From positions 4,785 through 68,784 of the IMG/VR virus record IMGVR_UViG_3300013014_001014: DNA of 64,000 nucleotides. The stretch is one strand, 5' to 3'. The DNA is from a virus. The notes under the pieces were generated by a model. The model made no database searches. It saw nothing but the letters and a program-made list of their open reading frames with translations, and was not told the DNA's origin. The translations under genes and the position numbers were made by a program. Below, one piece after another: positions 56,587 to 64,000 of this stretch; the first letter of the stretch is position 1, and each line of letters begins with the position of its first letter.

Positions 56587-57231
56587 TTAAACACCCATCA
56601 AAAAATGTTCCCAATCTTTGTGCTTTGCTTCTTTAATCAGAGCTGATACTGGAATTGGTTGTGGAATACTTGGTTGTTTAATCAACTTCAAACCAACTTC
56701 TGTATTCAGTCTATTACCTTTCTTAGAATTAATATCACGCGAACATAATACTAGATTGGCCCAACTATCTTCACCACCTTTACTACGAGGTAGAATATGA
56801 TCGACTGTAGCTGAATTGCGATCAATCTTTTTACCTGTATATTGACAAATGCCATTATCACGTGTATAGATTGCGTCTTTGCTGGGTTTTCCTCTAAATG
56901 ACTTTACAGGCATTTTATTGAAATTAACAGCGATGATCACAGTTGGTACACGTACAGACATATGAGCTGAATTGATAACCAAATCCCACGGTCGAATAGG
57001 CAGTTTCAACCATTCTGTCCAACTGATGGGATTCATATTCTTGGGAGCGGAAAGATTTGGCTCTCCATTCTCAAGCAACTCGTAATCAATGTCCAACGCC
57101 AAACTAGAAGACTTACCATCAACTTCACCACCACAAAGATCAACAATTGCATCTTTTACGGTTTTGAAACCAATTGGTTGCCAGTTCGCATTTAGATTTA
57201 AACAGATTAATTTATTAGCTATTGTGTTCAT
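56587..57231 (-). CDS. HNH endonuclease; likely start MNTIANK
   Basis: LNANWQP, RDNGICQYTG, TVDHILPRSKGG, NLV..NSKKGN. Confidence 0.85.
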   Translation of the reverse strand: MNTIANKLICLNLNANWQPIGFKTVKDAIVDLCGGEVDGKSSSLALDIDYELLENGEPNLSAPKNMNPISWTEWLKLPIRPWDLVINSAHMSVRVPTVIIAVNFNKMPVKSFRGKPSKDAIYTRDNGICQYTGKKIDRNSATVDHILPRSKGGEDSWANLVLCSRDINSKKGNRLNTEVGLKLIKQPSIPQPIPVSALIKEAKHKDWEHFLMGV

Positions 57232-57244
57232 AACTATGCTATAA

Positions 57245-57577
57245 CTATACACCTTTTTTTATAAACGTCAACACATTTTCTTCTGGTTTTAAACTTTCAT
57301 CCAATCTACCCTTGACAATTTCCAGATTACACATAAACCATTCGTTCTTGATCTCGGTAGCAAAGTATCTTAACTTTTCAGCTATTTTCTTTTCAGCGTC
57401 ATAACAATCTGGATGATGAACATAATATTCAATCTTATAGTTACGCAGTGGAGAAGATGTTTGATATGTACGTAATCGTGATTTTATATCATTAGTAACT
57501 CCTATTTTTATCCAACCTGGGAAGTTACAGTTACTAACGATATATACGTATCCCTCTTTATCTCTAGATGATTTCAT
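57245..57577 (-). CDS. GIY-YIG nuclease, T5orf172-like
   Basis: GYVYI, WIKIG, RLRTYQT, EWF. Confidence 0.8.
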   Translation of the reverse strand: MKSSRDKEGYVYIVSNCNFPGWIKIGVTNDIKSRLRTYQTSSPLRNYKIEYYVHHPDCYDAEKKIAEKLRYFATEIKNEWFMCNLEIVKGRLDESLKPEENVLTFIKKGV

Positions 57578-58163
57578 CAGCAAGTCCGTACTTAATAGCA
57601 TCTTCCGCATTTAGATAAAGATCACGTTTTAGTAATGTATTCAGTTCATCTTCGGTAAACTTGGTATGTTTCAAATATATGCCTTTTACAACTTTCATTA
57701 TCAAATCCATATTTTGTTTTTCATCATTGAAGTCTTCGTATGTGCCTTCAAACCAACTTCTTACTTGATGAATCAATAAAATGGTATTTTTACGTATGTA
57801 TCGTTTATGACAACTTACACTAATTAGTGTAGAAGCACTTGCTACTAATCCTTCTGCATATGAATGAACAGGCACTTTGGATGCTTGTATTCTATCTACA
57901 ATACTTAAAGCACCGAATACTTCTCCACCATCACTGTTTATGTGCAATTTGATATGTGGAGTTTCTTGTAGATCAAATGTAATTTGTGCTATTAGTAATT
58001 GTCTAGCTAGATCACTTAGGGTTTTGTTTATCACCAATGCAGATTCTACATTTACATCATTATAAAAGTACAACTCGTTATTGTCGATGACAGATACGAA
58101 TTTTTGTTTATCTTGTGATACATCAGATATATCATCGTGGTTGAGCATTAATTTTTTGGTCAT
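57564..58163 (-). CDS. clpP: ClpP-like protease
   Basis: INSDGG, GLVASA (Ser), IHQ (His), RDLYLNAEDAIKYGLAD. Confidence 0.85.
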   Translation of the reverse strand: MTKKLMLNHDDISDVSQDKQKFVSVIDNNELYFYNDVNVESALVINKTLSDLARQLLIAQITFDLQETPHIKLHINSDGGEVFGALSIVDRIQASKVPVHSYAEGLVASASTLISVSCHKRYIRKNTILLIHQVRSWFEGTYEDFNDEKQNMDLIMKVVKGIYLKHTKFTEDELNTLLKRDLYLNAEDAIKYGLADEII

Positions 58164-58612
58164 ATATTTTTTAGTATGGTTCGTAACTCTTCGTCATCAA
58201 CGAAATTAAAATCATTTTTATTTTTGGCTAAATCTTTATGTAGTACTTCTACAGATCCATCATGGTTATAACCAACGTCAATAGTATTTCCAGTTTGTTC
58301 ACAAATATAACCAGATATAAATGTTGTATAATCAATCACAGATTCTGTATGTTGATTTCCCCCATCCGAATAAAACCTCAATGTGCCAAACTTTTGTTTT
58401 ACTTGTCTAGCAACAATTTGTTTTACTGGTTGATAATATTGGGGATTTGTTTTGGCCATTTCATTTTGTTGAGTGATATACATTTCTAGATATCGACTCA
58501 ACCACAATAAAAGTCTAAACCAACCATCATTACATTCGAATGAAAAGTCAGTTGGATATAATTCTGGAAACTTTTTCTTTAAATAACGTTGTAACTCAAT
58601 TTTCATTTTCAA
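58160..58612 (-). CDS. hypothetical phage protein
   Basis: FECNDGW, VKQKFGTLRFY motifs that I recall from large phages. Confidence 0.7.
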   Translation of the reverse strand: MKMKIELQRYLKKKFPELYPTDFSFECNDGWFRLLLWLSRYLEMYITQQNEMAKTNPQYYQPVKQIVARQVKQKFGTLRFYSDGGNQHTESVIDYTTFISGYICEQTGNTIDVGYNHDGSVEVLHKDLAKNKNDFNFVDDEELRTILKNI

Positions 58613-58694
58613 TATATAGTTAACAACTGTTACATTTTGTTATTGAATTTTTTTTATATTTACGTATTATAAACATTGAGATGTATTTATAGAT

Positions 58695-58892
58695 ATGGAA
58701 AGTTTAAAACCAAAAAATGGATTGGTATATGGAGTGCGATTCGAAGTGAAGAACGCAAATACCATTCGTATTTGGAAACCAACAGACATTGAGTTTTTTG
58801 ATTTTAAAGCTAAATGTGATTGTGTTGTTAAATATTTAATTGATGAGGCATTCTTCGATAAGAAAAACTGTAAAGTAGAAGTGGTTACTTGA
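58695..58892 (+). CDS. hypothetical protein
   Basis: 65-aa ORF preceded by TATTTATA. Confidence 0.6.
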   Translation: MESLKPKNGLVYGVRFEVKNANTIRIWKPTDIEFFDFKAKCDCVVKYLIDEAFFDKKNCKVEVVT

Positions 58893-58915
58893 TTTGATAT
58901 ATATTTATATCTATT

Positions 58916-59275
58916 ATGATAGTCACAACTTTGTTAACTTTACAAAATCAATTAAAAATCCATCACTGGCAAACTAAAAGTTATGCTGAACACCAAGCTT
59001 TGGGTGGTGCATATGACGAGTTTTCCGATTTAATAGACGAATTTATTGAAGTTTTTATGGGTAAGTATGGAAGAATTGAAAGTAAAAACGGGTTTAAAAT
59101 TGAATTAGCTAATTACAATGATATATCTCCAACTGATTTTGTGGATAAATATGTTAATTATTTAGTAAATGAACTTCCAAAGTCTTTGGAAAAAACTGAT
59201 ACTGATCTGCTTAATATCCGTGACGAAATGTTGGGTCAGTTAAACAAACTAAAATATCTGTTGACACTATCCTAA
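58916..59275 (+). CDS. ferritin/Dps-like four-helix protein (DUF5856-like)
   Basis: HWQTKSYAEHQALG..D..IE, KLKYLLTL. Confidence 0.75.
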   Translation: MIVTTLLTLQNQLKIHHWQTKSYAEHQALGGAYDEFSDLIDEFIEVFMGKYGRIESKNGFKIELANYNDISPTDFVDKYVNYLVNELPKSLEKTDTDLLNIRDEMLGQLNKLKYLLTLS

Positions 59276-59276
59276 T

Positions 59277-59729
59277 ATGCCATACGAATATCATGCCATA
59301 GTAACTAGCGTTGTAGATGGTGACACAATTGTTATTGATATAGACCTAGGCTTTGATGTGGTCCTATCTAATCAAAGTGTGCGATTGGTTGGAGTAGATA
59401 CTCCTGAGAGTCGTACAAGCGATAAAGTTGAAAAAGTTTTTGGTCTCGTCAGTAAAGATTATACCAAGAAATTTATAGAATCTTGTAATAAACATGTAAT
59501 TGTTCGTACACAAAAACCAGATTCTTCAGAGAAGTTTGGTAGAATTCTTGGAGATGTTATAAATCCAGAAACTAAAGAAGTGTTAAATGAATCTCTGATT
59601 AAAAATGGATATGCCGTTGGATATATGGGGGAAAATAAAAATACAGTAATAGATCAACACAAACTCAATCGTAAACGTTTAATTGATGAAGGCGTTGTAA
59701 AAATGACCTATAAAGAAGCAGGACTCTAA
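59277..59729 (+). CDS. thermonuclease (SNase-like)
   Basis: VVDGDTI, VRLVGVDTPE, KFGRILG. Confidence 0.9.
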   Translation: MPYEYHAIVTSVVDGDTIVIDIDLGFDVVLSNQSVRLVGVDTPESRTSDKVEKVFGLVSKDYTKKFIESCNKHVIVRTQKPDSSEKFGRILGDVINPETKEVLNESLIKNGYAVGYMGENKNTVIDQHKLNRKRLIDEGVVKMTYKEAGL

Positions 59730-59730
59730 T

Positions 59731-60099
59731 ATGGATAAATTGAATAAATACACAATTTTTAAATTTATTAAGTTTGTTAGTGATGAATTAACATTAAATA
59801 AACCATTCAAAGTCAAGTTGGTAAAACAACGAGACGATGATTTACGAACATATGCATATTACAATCAAACAAATGGAGATGTTAAAGTGTATTGTAAAGA
59901 TAGAGGATTAGCAGATGTTTTACGTAGTATAGCACACGAACTAATTCACCACCAACAAAATGAGACGGGTAAATTAGAAATACCAGCACAAGATGTTGGA
60001 GGTGAAATTGAAGACGAAGCAAACAGTGTTGCTGGTCAATTAGTTAAAAAGTTTGGATATGCTAATCCGAAATTAGCAATATACGCTAAAACATTATAA
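59731..60099 (+). CDS. small zincin-like metallopeptidase
   Basis: LRSIAHELIH (HExxH), EDEAN. Confidence 0.7.
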   Translation: MDKLNKYTIFKFIKFVSDELTLNKPFKVKLVKQRDDDLRTYAYYNQTNGDVKVYCKDRGLADVLRSIAHELIHHQQNETGKLEIPAQDVGGEIEDEANSVAGQLVKKFGYANPKLAIYAKTL

Positions 60100-61050
60100 G
60101 TAACTTTGTACTGTATCTTTTAAAGATTGTCTAAAGTTGCTTAATTTAAAGTCAGGAAATTCTTGATTCAGTTCCCAATTATTTATAGCATATCTGTAAT
60201 CGTGACCTTTACGGTCTTCTACGTGTTTGTACCATTCCCACTCAACTTTGGTTTGGGTTAGTTCTTCATAAACATCTTTAATCGTTTGTATTAGATCACT
60301 GTTAGATATTTCATTGTCCCCCCCGATCAAATACTGTTTTCCAATTATACCATCTTGCATAACACGTATAATTGCATTAACGTGGTCTTTTACATAGATC
60401 CAATCTCTTATATTCTCCCCAGTACCATAAACAGGTATAGCTTCTTTAACTTTTAACTTATTTATTGCTAATGGAATCAGTTTCTCTGGAAACTGTCTAG
60501 GACCAAAGTTGTTGCTACAATTAGTAATAATAGCTGGAAACTTATATGTTTTAAAATAACTTCTTACAAGCAAATCACTAGCAGCTTTACTAGCTGCGTA
60601 TGGACTATTGGGTCTATATGGACTATCAATATCAAATGGGTTGTCTTTTATGTTTAAACTACCAAACACTTCATCGGTCGATATATGAATAAACTTCTTT
60701 AAGTTTGACTGTTTTAAGTTTTCTAGTAGATTAAACGTGCCAATTATGTTTGTATCTATAAACTTTCTCGGCCCAGTAATAGAACTGTCTACATGAGATT
60801 CAGCTGCAAAATGAACTACATAATCTAAACTCAGTGATTCAAAATAACTTTTATAGCTTGGGAATGCAACAGATGCTATATCCATTGTCAGTTTTTGATA
60901 TCTATTATCTTTATCAAATGATAAATTCTTATTTGCCGCGTAGGTATTTGCATCCAGATTGTATAATTTAGTTACGTCATCTCGTTTAAGAAATTCTTCA
61001 ATAAAATGACTTCCTATAAATCCACTTCCTCCAGTTATTAATATATTCAT
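60094..61050 (-). CDS. rmlB: dTDP-glucose 4,6-dehydratase
   Basis: GGSGFIG, FAAESHVD, STDEV, PYAASK, QFPEKLIP. Confidence 0.95.
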   Translation of the reverse strand: MNILITGGSGFIGSHFIEEFLKRDDVTKLYNLDANTYAANKNLSFDKDNRYQKLTMDIASVAFPSYKSYFESLSLDYVVHFAAESHVDSSITGPRKFIDTNIIGTFNLLENLKQSNLKKFIHISTDEVFGSLNIKDNPFDIDSPYRPNSPYAASKAASDLLVRSYFKTYKFPAIITNCSNNFGPRQFPEKLIPLAINKLKVKEAIPVYGTGENIRDWIYVKDHVNAIIRVMQDGIIGKQYLIGGDNEISNSDLIQTIKDVYEELTQTKVEWEWYKHVEDRKGHDYRYAINNWELNQEFPDFKLSNFRQSLKDTVQSYL

Positions 61051-61913
61051 ATGGTCCAGTTATTTAAACAATAGTCTATGGCTTCATCGACGGTTCTCAT
61101 AGTAATTCCTGTTGATAACAATTTACTATTATCCATTACACAATTGGATCGTTTAGCTGTAGCGATTCCATTGTACAATTCTGTTTCATCAATTAGTTTG
61201 AATTGTTTATCTTTAGCAATCGTATTTTTGAGTTTTTCAACCAATTTATCTGTGGTTAGATATCCAGTATTTGTAACGTTATAAATACCATATGGTACTT
61301 TTTTGGTTATAGTTTGTATACAGGCTCTTACGAATTCCTGTTTATTGCTTATAGAATTTTCAGCTTGTAACAATTTTTCATATTTAACCATTTTAGTTAA
61401 GTAATTACGTGGACCACTATATTCTTCAAATGGAATACGAAGTCTCCATATGTAACTCTTTTCCCATTTACTAACAACTGTTTCACCAATTGCTTTGGTA
61501 CCACTATAAAAGCTACCGTTGTTTTTTGTCCAAGTAAAATTTGGATCGTCTTCTTCAGTGAAAGGTTTACCATCTTCTCTTCTTCCTTGATAAATACATC
61601 CACTAGATACGTGTCCGAGTGGAATATCATTTAAAGCGCACCAATCTGTTAGTATTTGTGGCCAAATAACATTTCCGTGTAAAGTATCTTCTTTATTTAA
61701 TTCACAAGCATCTACATTTGGCTTGCCTGTATATCCAGCTGCGTTAATCGCTGCGCCTATTAGTGGATATCCAACTTCATCATACCATTTTTCTAAATCT
61801 TTAAAAGTAGTTTTATGCGCATTTGGCCATTGAAAGAATGGCAGTTTAAGTTCTTCAAGTTGTTTTTTGAATTCACTTCCAATGTATCCATTTGATCCGA
61901 ATAATATAATCAT
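61047..61913 (-). CDS. RmlD-like reductase, NRS/ER (epimerase-reductase) type
   Basis: GSNGYIG, GYTGKPNVDACE, SSGCIY, FYSGTK, LRIPF. Confidence 0.8.
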   Translation of the reverse strand: MIILFGSNGYIGSEFKKQLEELKLPFFQWPNAHKTTFKDLEKWYDEVGYPLIGAAINAAGYTGKPNVDACELNKEDTLHGNVIWPQILTDWCALNDIPLGHVSSGCIYQGRREDGKPFTEEDDPNFTWTKNNGSFYSGTKAIGETVVSKWEKSYIWRLRIPFEEYSGPRNYLTKMVKYEKLLQAENSISNKQEFVRACIQTITKKVPYGIYNVTNTGYLTTDKLVEKLKNTIAKDKQFKLIDETELYNGIATAKRSNCVMDNSKLLSTGITMRTVDEAIDYCLNNWTI

Positions 61914-61925
61914 AATAATGTTAAA

Positions 61926-62672
61926 TTAAAATTTTGGCATATAGTTAAATTTGTGATGATTAAATAGCACTAATTCTGATCCAACATATAGTTGATCGTT
62001 ATTAATATGAGACGGTGTGCCATGAAACCAGTGTGCATTATGGTATGTAATAGGCATTTCTTTAATCATATTGTGTTTTTGTACAATATAGTTAAATAAT
62101 GCTTGACCAGCTGCGTGATGTGTACACTGTTCAAATACTGCTGCGGAGTATTCTTTCCAGTATGAAAATAATAATCTCCAAGCGCTAATTTTTGCTGTTT
62201 GAATTCCAGTATTATACACAATCCATCTGTTGTCAATATCATTAAATATTTTATTTAAATTAAGATATGGATTTAAATAACTTTGTGGATAATGATCTTT
62301 ATTCATACCAAATGTATTTGAATCTAGATTTTGTATTAATTGTAATTCAGAATCTGTCATTTCTCTTTGCATAGTAACATCCCAATCACATAATGTCACT
62401 ACATCATTTTCGTTAAAATTGAAGAAATTTACAAATTCTCCTGATTCCAAGCACACAAAGTTTGGCCTATTTTTTAAATTTGGATGCTTACTATATATAA
62501 TTTCTCTTGGATCAACGCGCACCACATCTATATTTGGCACAGAAATATTATTTCTTGACATTAAAAAGATTTTGCAAGCATTATTTTTTTTATGCTTTAA
62601 AACGCTTTCAATCCAATTGCCTCTTTTTGTATTAAAATAAACTTCATCTACATTAACTATTATATAATTCAT
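61926..62672 (-). CDS. putative GT-A glycosyltransferase
   Basis: CDWD, YNTG, QALFNY; lies within the rml cluster. Confidence 0.55.
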   Translation of the reverse strand: MNYIIVNVDEVYFNTKRGNWIESVLKHKKNNACKIFLMSRNNISVPNIDVVRVDPREIIYSKHPNLKNRPNFVCLESGEFVNFFNFNENDVVTLCDWDVTMQREMTDSELQLIQNLDSNTFGMNKDHYPQSYLNPYLNLNKIFNDIDNRWIVYNTGIQTAKISAWRLLFSYWKEYSAAVFEQCTHHAAGQALFNYIVQKHNMIKEMPITYHNAHWFHGTPSHINNDQLYVGSELVLFNHHKFNYMPKF

Positions 62673-63517
62673 TTTATTAATTTATTTAAATATTTTTTAT
62701 ACTCACTTTCAGGCGCCTTATCTATTAAGCACTGCAATTGCGCTTTATTTATTCATTTGCGCTTGAAGCACTCTTCTTCTATACATCCAATTTTTATACC
62801 TTGTCTTGATTGAATTGCTTGTATATAAGCACTACTTTCAAATAATGTTTCAGCACTTCCAGCATCTAACCACGCTGTGCCCTTAGCAAATTTTACAGCG
62901 GTAAGCTGCTTCTTGTCAAGATATATTAAGTTCAAATCTGTTATTTCTAATTCGCCTCTACTAGAATGATTAAGTGATTTAGCATATTGAACTACTTTTT
63001 TATCATAAAAATATAAGCCTGGTACCGCATAATTACTTTTGGGTTCAGCAGGCTTTTCTTCTATGCTTATTACGTTATTTTCACTATCAAATTCTATAAC
63101 TCCATAAGATTTAGGATCATTAACTTCATAAGCAAAAATAATTGCGCCTTCAAGTAAAGGCTTGACTCTAGGCATTCCATGGAATATATTGTCTCCTAAT
63201 ATAAGAGCAACATTATCACCTCGAATAAAGTCTTCAGCTATAATAAAGCTTTCTGCTATGCCTCTTGGCTTATATTGTACTTTATAAGTAATTTTAACAC
63301 CCAATTGAGTGCCATCTCCAAATAACTTTTCATAAGAAGATAAATATTCAGGAGATGAAATAATGCAAAAATCTTTAATGCCACACGATAATAATGTGCA
63401 AAATGGATAATAAATCATTGGCTTGTCATATACAGGCATCAATTGTTTATTTATTGTACTGGTTAATGGATATAATCTACTGCCAGTCCCCCCCGCTAGA
63501 ATAATTCCTTTCATCAA
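62669..63517 (-). CDS. rmlA: glucose-1-phosphate thymidylyltransferase with an internal in-frame TGA at 62755-62753
   Basis: GIILAGGTGSRLYP, KPMIYYP, LGDNIF, EEKP, RGELEIT; frame continues 27 codons beyond the TGA. Confidence 0.9.
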
Positions 63518-63556
63518 ATATATCTATTTTTTATATTTTGAAATAATTTTTTTATA

Positions 63557-63585
63557 TTGACAAAATCCACGATTCGGTGTAGACT
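63557..63585 (+). promoter_or_regulatory. sigma70-type promoter, leaderless or near-leaderless transcript
   Basis: TTGACA(63557-62)-17 bp-TAGACT(63580-85); ATG 8 nt later. Confidence 0.8.
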
Positions 63586-63593
63586 CTTATTAT

Positions 63594-63827
63594 ATGGAAG
63601 TAGAACTAACAATTAAAGATAAAGCGACCCCCCCCGCCATTATTCAACACGATGATCTTAAGTTTGATGGTAAAACAATTACCATTCCAGGCTATTATGT
63701 CAATACCATCTTAGATTATATTAAATATTGGAAACTTGATGGTGAAAAACAAGTAGACGTTGAAGATTACGTTTTATTTCGTAATTTTCTTTACGATATT
63801 CAAGAACACAAAAATCAAGGAAACTAA
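63594..63827 (+). CDS. hypothetical protein
   Basis: 77-aa ORF directly after the promoter. Confidence 0.7.
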   Translation: MEVELTIKDKATPPAIIQHDDLKFDGKTITIPGYYVNTILDYIKYWKLDGEKQVDVEDYVLFRNFLYDIQEHKNQGN

Positions 63828-63830
63828 TTT

Positions 63831-64000
63831 ATGGGAATGTTCGATGACATAGTATGTAAGTATCCACTTCCGTTTCCGGAAGATACTAAAGGGTATATCG
63901 CTGAGTCTTTTCAAACCAAAGATTTAGATTGCGGATTGGATTCTTATGAAATCCGTGAAGATGGTACATTGTGGTTACGTGAATGTGAACGAGAACACAT
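63831..64000 (+). CDS. hypothetical phage protein (partial, runs off the right edge)
   Basis: MGMFDDIVCKYPLP...FQTKDL; open to the window end. Confidence 0.7.
   Translation, partial: MGMFDDIVCKYPLPFPEDTKGYIAESFQTKDLDCGLDSYEIREDGTLWLRECEREH

Noticed and set aside
56587-57610. HNH and GIY-YIG genes as mobile introns
   Set aside because: Both are free-standing and the flanking genes appear intact
62700-62755. Selenocysteine insertion at the rmlA TGA
   Set aside because: The aligned residue is aromatic, not Cys, and the downstream stem is too weak to call a SECIS
1-64000. Genome-wide stop-codon reassignment (TGA=Trp or TAG=Gln)
   Set aside because: Coding density is high with the standard code, many genes end at TGA in ATGA overlaps, some end at TAG, and only rmlA shows an internal stop
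1-64000. CRISPR array, tRNA, rRNA, integrase, or DGR/retron reverse transcriptase
   Set aside because: No spaced repeats, cloverleafs or RT/integrase motifs seen; intergenic gaps are short. tRNAscan/Infernal were not run

Overview
An AT-rich, gene-dense segment of a large (jumbo/huge, distantly T4-like) bacteriophage genome using the standard genetic code. It carries replication and repair genes (family B DNA polymerase, sliding clamp, both clamp-loader subunits, dNMP kinase, dUTPase, UvsE, Cas4-like nuclease, SNF2 helicase), modular putative virion proteins (one with a lysozyme domain), ClpP, IscU, and more than 40 glycosylation-related genes (glycosyltransferases, methyltransferases, Gmd, RmlA/B/D-like, UDP-sugar dehydrogenase, and a kinase/aldolase/nucleotidyltransferase module). 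Most notable: (1) sigma70-type promoters that yield leaderless mRNAs, with the DNA polymerase as the exception (short leader, perfect AGGAGG, apparent ATT start codon); (2) rmlA interrupted by one in-frame TGA at a position that is Trp in RmlA homologs; (3) a ribbon-helix-helix gene with tandem palindromic operators heading a ~23 kb co-oriented glycosylation gene run; (4) several recombination scars; (5) a recurring TATTTAT motif just before putative late genes. I saw no tRNA, rRNA or CRISPR array. All calls come from motif recognition by eye; no searches were run.
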